Shown in pieces: positions 8,773 through 18,968 of a DNA stretch of 64,000 nucleotides. Numbering within the stretch: the first letter of the stretch is position 1; every line of letters begins with the position of its first letter. The notes below the pieces were generated by a model that saw only the letters and a list, made by a program, of their open reading frames with translations, was not told the DNA's origin and made no database searches. Position numbers and translations under genes: made by a program. This DNA is from Longimicrobiales bacterium. GTDB lineage: Bacteria; Gemmatimonadota; Gemmatimonadetes; Longimicrobiales; Gaopeijiaceae. The stretch is taken from positions 2,144,001 to 2,208,000 of the forward strand of contig CBDBCF010000001.1 in assembly GCA_965202985.1 (NCBI GenBank), in the 5' to 3' direction.

Positions 8773-10289
8773 TGACAACCAGGAGGCAACTTACCAAGGC
8801 TGGGTGCGCCGAGCTGCGACGGCAGTTGCGTGATCTTGGCTACGGACAAGCCGAGACGGAAATGGAAGATATGTTTGCATTGCGCGTGTATCCGGTTCCT
8901 GATCACCTCAGAGCTATTGATCCAGGGGTAGTGTTGGTTGTTGGCTCCCGAGGGTCGGGAAAGAGCGAATTGTTTCGGGCATTCTTTCAGCAGAGTGCAG
9001 AAATGCGGCAAGCTTTGGTGAATCACACGCAATTCGGAAATTCCCGAATGCTGTCCCTTGAGCACGCCAAATGGTTGTCGGCTTATCCGAAGGGCATTGA
9101 CTTTCCGGATGAGCGTGCCCTAAAAAGCCATGTTCATACTGACGAGCAAGCGCAAAACGTCTGGTATGCAATGCTAGTTCGATGTCTGAAGAACGAATTT
9201 GATGCGGATGTAAGATCAGAACTTGATCCACTTCTGTCCGCCAGGGCGGCGGACTTGGGAACCGTCTTGGGAGCAATGGACTCGCTGAGCCTTAGTCCGA
9301 CGGTTGCGCTCGACGATCTGGAAGAAAGATTGGCGAACGAAGGAAGGTGGGTATTTCTGGGATATGACGAGCTGGATACCCTAGGTGGAACCGATTGGTC
9401 GCTGATGGCTAGGATGATTCGGGGCTTGATGGCCTTCTGGTCCAGTTATGGACGTCGCTGGAAGCGACTTCGGGCCAAGATTTTTCTTCGATCCGATCTC
9501 TTTCGCCGGCACGCCGATATGGGCACGGCAGATTTTGCGAAATTGGCGGCTAATCGCGCCGAACTTACTTGGTCGAATGCCGCGATCCTTGGAATGCTGG
9601 TCAAGAGAATCGTCAACACGTCTCCGGGGCTGGCGGAGTATTGTGCAGGAAAAATCGGGCTCGATCCGCAGAGATCCTTGGGGCTAATGCCGCGAGTCGA
9701 GCGCCCAGAGGACGCGTTTCCGTTGTTGGAGCGAATGGTCGGTGAACATATGGGTGCAACGAAGAAGAAGGGGTACGTTCGGAACTGGGTTTTTACGCAC
9801 TTGTACGACGGCAACAAGCACATCAGCCCGCGCACGATGGTTCGTCTCTTCGAGAGCGCGGCAACAAAGGATGCAGTGAATCAGACCGTCCGAGTACCGC
9901 GGCTTTTGCATCCCACCGCACTTCGACAGGGCCTAACCGACGTAGCGACGGATCATGTGACGCAGGGTCACCACGAATGGCCTTGGCTGGAAGGTGTCAA
10001 GCGTCGCTTGGCCGAGCAGCCGCTAGTGCCGTGGCCACGCACACGCTTCAATGAACTCTTGTCCACGGACTGGAACGGAGAGTGGCACGCTTCCAAGCCA
10101 TCTGTTCGTCCACCGGCGGATCGGGCTGCCGACCTTGGCGACTACCTGATCGAATTGGGGATCGTGCGGAAGCGCACCGACGATCGAATCGACGTGCCCG
10201 ATCTGTACCTCTTCGGTTTCGGCCTGCGGCGCAAAGGAGGCGTCAGGGCAAGGCAACAGCCTTCCAGTCGGCCCACAGGGCCAAAGTGA
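8772..10289 (+). CDS. P-loop ATPase (Sll1717/FunZ-like family)
   Basis: Walker A VGSRGSGKS, Walker B LGYDELD, KIFLRSDL, SPRTMVRLF, C-terminal RIDVPDLY..GFGLRRKGG. GTG overlaps the upstream TAG, with an AGGAG RBS. Confidence 0.8.
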   Translation: MTTRRQLTKAGCAELRRQLRDLGYGQAETEMEDMFALRVYPVPDHLRAIDPGVVLVVGSRGSGKSELFRAFFQQSAEMRQALVNHTQFGNSRMLSLEHAKWLSAYPKGIDFPDERALKSHVHTDEQAQNVWYAMLVRCLKNEFDADVRSELDPLLSARAADLGTVLGAMDSLSLSPTVALDDLEERLANEGRWVFLGYDELDTLGGTDWSLMARMIRGLMAFWSSYGRRWKRLRAKIFLRSDLFRRHADMGTADFAKLAANRAELTWSNAAILGMLVKRIVNTSPGLAEYCAGKIGLDPQRSLGLMPRVERPEDAFPLLERMVGEHMGATKKKGYVRNWVFTHLYDGNKHISPRTMVRLFESAATKDAVNQTVRVPRLLHPTALRQGLTDVATDHVTQGHHEWPWLEGVKRRLAEQPLVPWPRTRFNELLSTDWNGEWHASKPSVRPPADRAADLGDYLIELGIVRKRTDDRIDVPDLYLFGFGLRRKGGVRARQQPSSRPTGPK

Positions 10290-10357
10290 CAACCCGGGGA
10301 CCTCGCGGCGCGGCGCTTCCAGTCCGATCGCTACCCCAGCTCAGCAGCGCCGCCGCC

Positions 10358-11581
10358 TCACCCCGCGCAGATCGGCGGCGCCTCGTAGTCCAGGTTCAGC
10401 AGGCGGGCGTAGCTTTGGCCTAGGGCGATGTTGCGGAAGGCTTCATCGTTCAGGTGCTGGTTGATGCTGCTCGTTACCGCCAGCTCTTCCTTGTAGCCCT
10501 CGAAGTCCTTGTTTCGGGAGGCGAGGAAGTCGGTGCCGGTGAGGATTCGCTCGGAGTGCGCGTTCAGGAACGGCACGTAGTGGGCGCGTTCTTCGGGTTG
10601 AGCGAAGTAGTGGTCGTGGACGATGCGCCAGGAGATGTCCAAGTAGAGGTTGGGGTAGTCGGCGAGCATCCGTTCCAGCAGGGCGACGTGGTGGGCGGCG
10701 TCCATGTCGACGAGCTGGAGCGACAGTCCCATGTGCACCCACACGATCTTGTTCGACGGGTAGCGGCGCAACACGCGTTCGATCAAGGGCAGGTGCGTAA
10801 GCGGTGCGTCGTCGTTGCCTAGGTCGGCGTGGATCGACAGGGGCATGTCTCGCTGGCGCAACAGGTCCATGAATGGCGCCCAGTCGTCGAACACGTCGGC
10901 CGTCACGGCTTCGTGATGGTTCCCGTACATTGCCTGCTTGACCAAGTTGATCTCGCCCACCCACTCGAACATGCCCGGAAACTCCTTGTCCAGAAGGGCA
11001 ATGCCGGGCAGGATCGAACTTGGGTTGGAAAGGTCCGGGAACGTCATCGCGAGAGCTAGGCGCACGCGGGCGGGTCGGTTCGCTGCGAAGGCGGTGGCGT
11101 TGGCGAAGTCGTTGCGGAACGCGGGCGTGACGGGGGTGCCCGGACAGTCCAGGTAGTACGTGCACGCCGAGAACGAGGGCAGCACCTGACCGATGCCCAT
11201 CACGGTGGCGAAGCGCACGCCGGCGGCCTCCAAGTAGCCGACCACCTCGTCGAACGGGATTGCGGGGCCGTTGAAGGGGCGGAAGTGGATGTGGGCATCC
11301 GCAATGGAGGTATGGGGCTCGGTGGTGCGGTCGAAGCAGGCGGAGGCGGCCGCTTGCCCGGACGGTGGAGCGGCTGCCGGTGGGTCCGTTGCCGATGGAT
11401 CGGCCGCTCGCCCAGTCGCTGGGTTCCCCGCTGGTGGGTCCTCCACTCGGGCCGGTGGGTCCAGCGCCGTCCATGTAGGCGCGGCCGGGGCGCCGCCGAA
11501 TGTGCCGGCCGTGCATCCGGCGGCGCTGGCCAGCAGCAGTGCGGACGCGAGGATGCTAGCGAGTCGGTCGTGTCTCTCCAT
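10358..11581 (-). CDS. Amidohydrolase-superfamily (TIM-barrel) lipoprotein
   Basis: Lipobox-like SAAGC, Pro-rich linker, DAHIH, IHAD, WVHMG and GTDF metal-binding motifs. Confidence 0.8.
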   Translation of the reverse strand: MERHDRLASILASALLLASAAGCTAGTFGGAPAAPTWTALDPPARVEDPPAGNPATGRAADPSATDPPAAAPPSGQAAASACFDRTTEPHTSIADAHIHFRPFNGPAIPFDEVVGYLEAAGVRFATVMGIGQVLPSFSACTYYLDCPGTPVTPAFRNDFANATAFAANRPARVRLALAMTFPDLSNPSSILPGIALLDKEFPGMFEWVGEINLVKQAMYGNHHEAVTADVFDDWAPFMDLLRQRDMPLSIHADLGNDDAPLTHLPLIERVLRRYPSNKIVWVHMGLSLQLVDMDAAHHVALLERMLADYPNLYLDISWRIVHDHYFAQPEERAHYVPFLNAHSERILTGTDFLASRNKDFEGYKEELAVTSSINQHLNDEAFRNIALGQSYARLLNLDYEAPPICAG

Positions 11582-13906
11582 CTACGTCTCCGTCAACTTG
11601 GCGCGCATGGATTCGAAAGCGTCGTCCATACCCGTCAATCGAGCCTTCAGGCGGTTGATCCGCAAGCAGATGTCGTCCCTGAAAGCGTGCAGGGCCATGT
11701 CTGTATGGTCAAGAGCGCCTGCTTGCTCCCTCTCGTGCGTCGCGTGCGCTTCCAGGGCGCCCTGCCAGCAACAGTGCGGCACCTGCCACCACGCAAAGAA
11801 GGTCTCCTCCATTCGCTCCCACACGATGTCGAAGTCGTCCCGTTCGGCCTTGACGGCGGCCATCGCGCAAGCCTTCGGCGTCTTGGCGAACCCCTCCAGC
11901 AGGGGGAAGACTTGGACGGGAAGCGACCTCTCCCGCAAGCCGCCGAAGAACAGCTCCCAGTCGGGGATGCCCGGCTGCTCGGCCATTCGAAGGGCCACGG
12001 ACTGAAACGCCTCGACCGCCTCGGTTCCGTCCAGCCTGCTCGCGTACGCCTCCGCGATTGTCTTCGGGCGACGAGGGGCGCGCTTCGATTGCGGCGTGGC
12101 CGGCCCCACGTGCCAGATCAGCGGCCAAAGGCGGCGTCGGCTCGCGCTGCCTCCAACGACGAGGTACGGTCCGGGCCCAAAGTCCTGTTCCGGCGCCAGC
12201 CAACCGGTCTTGCTTGCGCGCTTCAGCGATGTCGGCTTCAGGTCGGGATCGAGAAGAAACAGCGCCTCGACATCAAGGTCCGCCAAGTCGGCGGCGGTCA
12301 GCTTGGAGCGGCTCGACTTGTCAAGATCGAGTACGGACGAATCGGCGTCGCGGCGTTCCAGCTTCAAATCGAAGCGCATCACCGAGACGTATGCGGGCCG
12401 GGGGGCGCTCGTTCCTCGGGCGTCACGCATACCTCCTCGGGCGCCGCAAATGCGCAACTGAACCGCGCCGTCCAAGTCCCGGCTGTGCGCCAGCGCATCC
12501 TCGACAGCGGATTGGACAGCGGCAAGGTCCAGCGCGTAGTGTCCGGGACTTGTTGCCGGGATTTGCACTGCGATCCGGTCGCGGCGGCGTCGGACCTTGG
12601 TCGCGTCCTTCCCGACGTATCGCCCCTGGACCTCGAACATCGCGTGGCCCGCAGCAACGACTTCGGCACGCGCGCCGGCCAGCTGCGTTGTGGTCAGAGC
12701 GGAGCCCGGCGACAGTTCCTGGCCTCGGGGGCCGAAGAACGCCGCGTGCTCGGTGGGGAACGGAAGCCTCAACTCGGCCGTCCCCAGCAGGCCGTCCGGG
12801 CCCGGCCAGTCCACCCTGACGATCACGTCGCGGGGAGGTTTTTCGTCTTGAACGGTCAGCTCCAAGCGATACTCGTCGCTGTCGCCGCTGGTGCGTGCGT
12901 GCAAGCGCTCGCCGACCGAGGCTTCGATCTCGCCGAAGCGCAGCAGCCGTACTTCCCCGCGTCGCGGATCGGTCGAGGTGTGGAGTTCGACAGCAGCTCG
13001 TTCCGGCAGCGTGCGGAGTCGAACGGAACGGCGCACCACGTCTCCGTCCACGTACCGCAAGGTGCCTGCTCCCACTACTAAGTCGCAGTCGGACAGGCTC
13101 TTCCATGTCGTTCCGGATACGTCCGGCATCCACTGCAGATCGCACTCGGGGACGACGCCCTGCTGTTCGCCGTTGCGCCATTCGCGCATGGCCGGGCGAC
13201 CCAAGAACACGGGCGTCCTCTCCCGACCGAAGGCGCGTCGCGTCCCTTGTAACCTGTACTCCACGTCTGCGCTGTCCGACGAAGCCGCCGTCTCAATTGT
13301 GATCGACGAGCCGTTGCTTCTGCGCAGGATTGCCTTGCCCCGCACACGATAGAGACGGCGCGCTCCGGGGCGCATGACGTCCACGACTGCCGCCCGGTCG
13401 TCGTCTCCCGTCTCGATCTCGGTGTCCACGCTCGCGGCGACCAGGACCCAGGGCATATCGAGATCGACCGACCGTCCGCCAGCAACGCCATGTACTTTGT
13501 GCAGGACTTGCGCCGGGTCCGCAGCGAACAGCCAGGGAAGGTCGCCCAGGCTTGGGCTGGCCGGCTCGCCCAGGATCCAGGCGATCAGTTGTCGGGCGTC
13601 CTCGGAGGCGTTCACGCGGACTTGCAACACCTTGAACCGGCGCTCGCCTCCGGGCAGCTCGACGACGATCTCCTTGCCTTGGCGTGCACGCAGGAGCGCA
13701 TCGCCCATCGGCGAACTGGCGGACACGTGGCCAGCGTTGAGGTCGACCTGGGCGCTTCCCACGACCGTGTGGCGCAGCAGCTCGTCGTCGGTCAGGTCGT
13801 GAACGACGACCTCCACGCCACGGCGGACCGGAATTCCGATCTCCAACTCGTACGTCAGGAGATCGAGTTCGTCGCTGATCTTGGAGTCGGTAGCGTCGTC
13901 AAGCAT
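11582..13906 (-). CDS. GreA/GreB C-terminal-domain protein fused to a large region resembling STY4851/YjiT (DruH-like) proteins
   Basis: N-terminal [49 protein letters not shown] is a clear GreA/B C-domain. The remainder (GDLPWLF, PVFLGRP, FAWWQVP..CW) matches the YjiT family only by recollection. Confidence 0.6.
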   Translation of the reverse strand: MLDDATDSKISDELDLLTYELEIGIPVRRGVEVVVHDLTDDELLRHTVVGSAQVDLNAGHVSASSPMGDALLRARQGKEIVVELPGGERRFKVLQVRVNASEDARQLIAWILGEPASPSLGDLPWLFAADPAQVLHKVHGVAGGRSVDLDMPWVLVAASVDTEIETGDDDRAAVVDVMRPGARRLYRVRGKAILRRSNGSSITIETAASSDSADVEYRLQGTRRAFGRERTPVFLGRPAMREWRNGEQQGVVPECDLQWMPDVSGTTWKSLSDCDLVVGAGTLRYVDGDVVRRSVRLRTLPERAAVELHTSTDPRRGEVRLLRFGEIEASVGERLHARTSGDSDEYRLELTVQDEKPPRDVIVRVDWPGPDGLLGTAELRLPFPTEHAAFFGPRGQELSPGSALTTTQLAGARAEVVAAGHAMFEVQGRYVGKDATKVRRRRDRIAVQIPATSPGHYALDLAAVQSAVEDALAHSRDLDGAVQLRICGARGGMRDARGTSAPRPAYVSVMRFDLKLERRDADSSVLDLDKSSRSKLTAADLADLDVEALFLLDPDLKPTSLKRASKTGWLAPEQDFGPGPYLVVGGSASRRRLWPLIWHVGPATPQSKRAPRRPKTIAEAYASRLDGTEAVEAFQSVALRMAEQPGIPDWELFFGGLRERSLPVQVFPLLEGFAKTPKACAMAAVKAERDDFDIVWERMEETFFAWWQVPHCCWQGALEAHATHEREQAGALDHTDMALHAFRDDICLRINRLKARLTGMDDAFESMRAKLTET

Positions 13907-14128
13907 GAAGCAATGCGGACTCGCGGGCCTCTTGCTTGCAGGCTCGCGCGGGGCGTACGATACTGCGGGGCCGTACAGACTGCTGCGCGCCGGCGTCGGA
14001 GTCAAGCAGGCCGACCGTCGAGTGCGCCGAAACGGAGGACCAGCTATGGACCGCAAGGCCGATTGCGCAACCCGCGTCGGAGCCGACTACGGAACGTCCG
14101 TTCGGGCCGCGTGGGGCGTCCGGTGACG

Positions 14129-14236
14129 CTCGCACGGCCGATGACAGTTGGGCTCCCGATAATGCCTGCGCGGCCGACGGCGGTTGGGCTCTGGATGGTG
14201 CTTGCGCATTCAATGGCGGTTAGCCGTCTGTTGGCG
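14129..14236 (+). repeat. Degenerate 36-bp tandem repeat (about 3 units)
   Basis: ctcgcacggccgatgacagttgggctcccgataatg / cctgcgcggccgacggcggttgggctctggatggtg / cttgcgcattcaatggcggttagccgtctgttggcg. Confidence 0.6.
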
Positions 14237-15430
14237 CTCGCGGTCCCGCTGGCGGCTTTGCTGGTCGGGGCGGCGGCGGCCCAGGAGCAGATCGCGCTGC
14301 CGGAAGACGACCTCGTTCTGGACGCCGGCTTTGAAGAGGTGTACCGGATCGGTTCGGTGACTGGGGAGGAATGGGAGGCGTTCGGCCATGTCGGCGGGAC
14401 AGGGTTCGACGCCTCGGGCAACCTGCACGTGCTCGACAGCCAGAACGCCCGGATCGTCGTCGTGTCGCCCCAGGGGGAGTTCGTTCGCGAGTTCGGGCGC
14501 CAGGGCGACGGTCCGGGCGAGTTCCAGCCCTTCGCCAGCTTCGCCGTCATGCGCGACGGGCGTACCGTGGTGTTCAGCGACCAGACGGGCATTCAGGTCT
14601 TCGGGCGCGACGGCAACTTCGCGCGCAGCGTGCGCCTGCCGCCGAACGAGGCGATCTTCCGCTACGCCGACGAGATGCGGCCCTTGGCTTCGGGCGACGA
14701 GGTCGTGATGGGAAGCTTCGAGACCTTGGCGATGCCGACGGAAGAATCTGTCGACGACGCCGAGTCCGTCAAAGAGCGTCCCGTGGTGCGGCTCGACTTC
14801 GGCGGCGACGTGATCGCGTTCGACACTCTGACAATGGCTTGGCAACCACCGCGAGGCCAGCCAGCCCGTTGGGTCGAAACCGCCGACGGCCGAACCGCCC
14901 TCGTACTCCGCCGCCCAGCCCAGTTCGAGCCCAAGCTGCTGCTGGCCGCGACGCCCGACGGCGCGTACGCCTACTCCGATTCCAGCGCCTACGTGATCCG
15001 CGTGGCTCCGCTCGGCGGCTCGGTTTCCCGCGTCCTGATCCGGCCGTTTCGCGCTCGCCGCCTGACCGATCGCGTCAAGAAGGCCACGACCGAGCACCTC
15101 TACCGGGACGTGCCGCCGGAAGTGCGCGGCCGGCTGGCGGAGCCCGAGTTCCATCACGAGGTCCCGGTGCTGACGGAGATGCGGGCGTCGTGGGAGGGAA
15201 AGATCTGGGTCCAGCGCTGGAACACGGACCTGGACCTGTGGGGGAGCCAGCCAGGAAGCCTGGGGCCGATCGACCTCCTGACCACGGACGGTCGCTACCT
15301 GGGAACCCTCCCTCCGGGCTTGATGTCGCTCCCCACCTTCGGCCCCGACGGCTTGGCCGCCTTCGTCGAAACCGACGAACTGGACGTGCCGACGATCGTC
15401 GTGAGGCGCTTGCCGGAAGCGTTGCGGTAG
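14213..15430 (+). CDS. Secreted six-bladed beta-propeller (NHL-like) protein
   Basis: Signal peptide ending [16 protein letters not shown] and [14 protein letters not shown]-like motifs; C-terminal [16 protein letters not shown]. Confidence 0.8.
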   Translation: MAVSRLLALAVPLAALLVGAAAAQEQIALPEDDLVLDAGFEEVYRIGSVTGEEWEAFGHVGGTGFDASGNLHVLDSQNARIVVVSPQGEFVREFGRQGDGPGEFQPFASFAVMRDGRTVVFSDQTGIQVFGRDGNFARSVRLPPNEAIFRYADEMRPLASGDEVVMGSFETLAMPTEESVDDAESVKERPVVRLDFGGDVIAFDTLTMAWQPPRGQPARWVETADGRTALVLRRPAQFEPKLLLAATPDGAYAYSDSSAYVIRVAPLGGSVSRVLIRPFRARRLTDRVKKATTEHLYRDVPPEVRGRLAEPEFHHEVPVLTEMRASWEGKIWVQRWNTDLDLWGSQPGSLGPIDLLTTDGRYLGTLPPGLMSLPTFGPDGLAAFVETDELDVPTIVVRRLPEALR

Positions 15431-15451
15431 CTGCCGGGATCCGCCTGTTCT

Positions 15452-17770
15452 TCAGGATGGACGCGACGCCCGGGCACGAAGCCGCGTACGCAATGTTGTC
15501 TGGATCTGAGCGTACAGGCGTGCTTGTTCGGCTTGACGGTCAGCGAGAACTACCGCCAGCGCATACTCTTCTCGCTCCGACGACAGTCCTCCTCCCCAGG
15601 CCGGGTCATTCCGTGTAACAACGAACACCCAGCGACACTGACGCAGTTTCTCGGATGGCTGCTTGACCTCCCAGCTAGAAGCTTGAACCGTACCCCGTGA
15701 CCGCACTTGTGCTGTGATGCTCCTCCCCGAACTTCGTTCCGGCATCGCCGGTGCATCGCTTCGAGCGGTTTCCGCATTGAATGACCGAACCACCTGCTCA
15801 ACGGAATCGGACTGAACAAGCGAAAAGCTGATCTTGACTGCTCGATAGTCGACGCGAGTCGTCTGCACCGGCGACCGATAGGCCAGCGCTACCGTCATCT
15901 TTCGCGACCGGCGTCCGCTTGACCAGTAGTCTGCTGGGATCGGAATTTCGTAGAACTGGTGACTCTTGTTCCCAATCAAATCCATGGCCCAAAGCGTGAC
16001 GCAGTTGTCAAGAGAGCGAAACAGCGCGGTTCGGTCCACTCTTCCGTACCCAGCAACGTGCCGCACCTCGATCCTCGACTCCGAGCACAGCTCCTCGCAA
16101 CTCGGCGGAACTTCAGCGTGAGCTGCCAGTAGGGCTCGGCAGAGATCCACGCTTGCCTCAGGCATGTGCACAAGCATCGTTGCCACCAAATTGGACACCC
16201 GCGGTGCTGCGAAGCTGGTGCCGGAACAGGTTTCGAAAGGCATTCCGCTAGCGAAGCTTAGCGAAGTAGAGAGTTCTCCAACTTCCATTGACCCTGTGAG
16301 GCCTGTGCGATGGTCAACAAGTTCGTTGCCACCATAATCGACAAGGTCCGGCTTGATTGCTTCGTTCACTGATGGCCCGTGTCTTGTAAAGGGTGATGGT
16401 TGGCCCGCTCGGGCCACAGGAGCGTAGCCCGGATCGTCCGGCCAACGAGGATCGCGATCGTAGCGAGCCAGACTTCCGATCGTCAGCGCGTTCAACGCAG
16501 GTGCCGGGTCAATGAGAGTCGCATCCTTGTCGTGAAGGTGTCTCGGGTATCTGTCCGCTGGAGTAGCAGCAGTATCCAGATTGCCAGTAGGAACGACAAA
16601 GAGCACGCCAAGTTCCCTGCTGAGCGAATCCAGAGTCACGGCAAGCCCACGGACATGTCGACCATGGTACGGCTTCCGCCGGTCGCCATACGAGAGATTG
16701 AACACCTTGCAGCCATAGTTATCCACAAAGTATCGTACCGCCTCCTCAACTTGATTTTCAATGAGACGGGCGTCGCCCTCAACGCGTTCATCCAGTATTC
16801 GGCCGCTGTATAGCGTCAGGTCGGGCACAAATCGACGCTTCTCCACGCATTTGGCGACATCGCCGTAGAGCGTGATTCCGGCGACGAGCGTACCGTGCCC
16901 GTTGTCGTCCGCCGCTGAGCTGCCAGTCAAGAAGCTCTGGGAATCTCCGACGGCCGGGGCCAATACAGGGTGCCCGGACGCGATGCCGGAATCGAGAACA
17001 ACGACACCGGGAGCACCTGACGGGGGAGCACGTACTTCCTCCAGTTCCTGGACGCTGCGGCCTCGAAGGCGCCGGTCCAACATAACCCGAGGAGGCAAAT
17101 CAACAAGTCGGACGTCTCGGTGCCGTAGCAGCTTGCCGACCAGACTGCTAGAGCTCTTCGTACGATAGAGGCACAGGTACGGCTTTCGCACTGAATCAAC
17201 TGCTTCACCGCCGTTGTCTTCCAGCCATCGCTCGAACGCCTTTCGAAGACGGTTCATTTCAGCGGCACTCGCAAGCGGCCAAAGCTCGACATCTACAGTG
17301 ACGACTGCCTTCTGTGGGATTCCTTCGCGATTCAGTGACCATCTGGTTCTGTCTTCTGGCGTCAGCTGGTCCAGGTCGCGAAGGGCATAGATCAACTGAC
17401 GATACGTTACGTAAGTTCCTTCGGCGACGCCGCCAAGCTTACGTCGGAAATCAACGAGCTGTTCGTCAGTAGCGAACGCCAGGACTAGCTTCTTGTCCTC
17501 TTGACTCACGACCTCAATGCCTTTGGCGACCTTCACAATCTCCTCCGGGGGAACGCTGGTGTCCAAGTGCAACCTGACGAGTCGTCGGGCGTCGTAGCCG
17601 CCTATTTCGGGATCGGCGTGAAGAAGCGAGTCGAGTCGTCGCTGGAGGTGGCTGCCATGAGCTCGGGGGTCCTCCGGTTGTCGCGGCTGTCCAAAGCCTT
17701 TCGCGGGCCTTCGGTCCGTGATCGGCTTCTCTCTCGTAAGGTGCAAGTGCGGATAATCGGAGCTGCTCAT
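15452..17770 (-). CDS. ietS: S8 subtilisin-like serine protease (IetS/y4bN-like)
   Basis: Catalytic triad motifs VVVLDSG, DNGHGT and SGTSFAAP; no signal peptide; ATGA-coupled to the upstream AAA ATPase. Confidence 0.85.
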   Translation of the reverse strand: MSSSDYPHLHLTREKPITDRRPAKGFGQPRQPEDPRAHGSHLQRRLDSLLHADPEIGGYDARRLVRLHLDTSVPPEEIVKVAKGIEVVSQEDKKLVLAFATDEQLVDFRRKLGGVAEGTYVTYRQLIYALRDLDQLTPEDRTRWSLNREGIPQKAVVTVDVELWPLASAAEMNRLRKAFERWLEDNGGEAVDSVRKPYLCLYRTKSSSSLVGKLLRHRDVRLVDLPPRVMLDRRLRGRSVQELEEVRAPPSGAPGVVVLDSGIASGHPVLAPAVGDSQSFLTGSSAADDNGHGTLVAGITLYGDVAKCVEKRRFVPDLTLYSGRILDERVEGDARLIENQVEEAVRYFVDNYGCKVFNLSYGDRRKPYHGRHVRGLAVTLDSLSRELGVLFVVPTGNLDTAATPADRYPRHLHDKDATLIDPAPALNALTIGSLARYDRDPRWPDDPGYAPVARAGQPSPFTRHGPSVNEAIKPDLVDYGGNELVDHRTGLTGSMEVGELSTSLSFASGMPFETCSGTSFAAPRVSNLVATMLVHMPEASVDLCRALLAAHAEVPPSCEELCSESRIEVRHVAGYGRVDRTALFRSLDNCVTLWAMDLIGNKSHQFYEIPIPADYWSSGRRSRKMTVALAYRSPVQTTRVDYRAVKISFSLVQSDSVEQVVRSFNAETARSDAPAMPERSSGRSITAQVRSRGTVQASSWEVKQPSEKLRQCRWVFVVTRNDPAWGGGLSSEREEYALAVVLADRQAEQARLYAQIQTTLRTRLRARASRPS

Positions 17771-18776
17771 GCGTTCGACGATCTCCGCGCCCTTCGAGTC
17801 CTTGCCTTTTCATACCGATGCGCGGCCGCAATGTGGCCCGTCGTCAGGTATGAATCGTCGCCCTGAAGAACCATCTCCTTCATCGCCCGGCGCAGGACGC
17901 GTTCCACGTCGGCATGGCTCGCACCGTCGAAGATGCCTGACGCCGCCAGCTCGTCAAGGCCGATTCTTCGGCGCACACCGCGAAGCTTGACCTCCAGGAG
18001 CTTGCGCACCTGCGTCCTAGTGGGAGGCCCCAATACCAGGATCTCCTCGAACCGGCGCCAGATCGCACGATCAAGCATTCCCTCGTGGTTGGTGGCGGCA
18101 ATGACGACACTGCGGCCTTCGTAGGCATCGAACATCTGGAGAACGGCATTTACGACCCGGCGAAGCTCCCCGTGCTCGGTGGCGTCGTCGCGCTCCTTGC
18201 CCAGGGCGTCAAATTCGTCAAAGAGCGCTACCGTGGGTTGTGCGGCTATGAAGTCGAACACCCTTCGAAGGTTCGCGGCGGTCTCTCCAGGAACGAGGAG
18301 ACAACGCTGTCGGTCCGGACAACCACGAATGGGCGGCCCAACTCGTGGGCGATCACTTCCGCCGTGAGTGTTTTGCCGCAACCTGGCGGGCCACAGAAGA
18401 GAACTCTGTCGCTTGGCCGCAGACCGTAGGCCTTCAGGACGTCGTCGCGATGGTTCTCGCGAACAATTCGCCTGACCAGAGAGAGATTGATGGGCGACAG
18501 CACGACGTCTTCCAAGCGCCGAGACGGCTCTTTCACCGCCAGGAGAGGTATGCCCCTTTCGTGGTCGTGGGGAACTGCGGCCGCCAACCTCCGCGAAGCG
18601 GCAGACCTCGGCTTGGCAGGACGGCCGTATAGGATGCTCTCCAAATCGTCGGCCAGGAGGTGGTGTTGCTTCTGACGTTCCTCGGCGATGACCTTCTTAG
18701 CAACGCCCCGGAAGGCGGCGAGGTCGCCGTCCGCTCCAGAGCGCACCAACTGACGCAACAGGTTGCCGTTCGCCAC
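17767..18776 (-). pseudogene. ietA: AAA+ ATPase (IetA-like), frameshifted near 18287
   Basis: Walker A GPPGCGKT in 18246..18776; Walker B LFDEFD and AATNH in 17767..18381. Adding one G restores the conserved SSFLGETAANLR. Confidence 0.85.
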
Positions 18777-18921
18777 AGCCGATCCCTTGTGGTGCCCGTC
18801 GGACGAGGAAAGATGCCGCGAATCCTACTAGGGGCCGTTACGAGCCGCAACCGACCAGGCGTGGTTACCCGCACCAGGCGGCGCACGCTCACCTGCCTCC
18901 AACCGAGAGAGCCACGGCCGT

Positions 18922-18968
18922 ATCGTCCTTGCTAATCGAACGTCTATCGTTTAATCTGCAAGGATGAT
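18922..18968. promoter_or_regulatory. Imperfect palindrome overlapping the start codon of the AAA_14/DUF4143 gene
   Basis: Arms atcgtccttgctaatcgaacg and cgtttaatctgcaaggatgat pair at 16 of 21 positions. Confidence 0.55.

Noticed and set aside
14129..14236. Possible CRISPR array (36-bp period)
   Set aside because: Head-to-tail degenerate units without spacers; no cas genes in the window.
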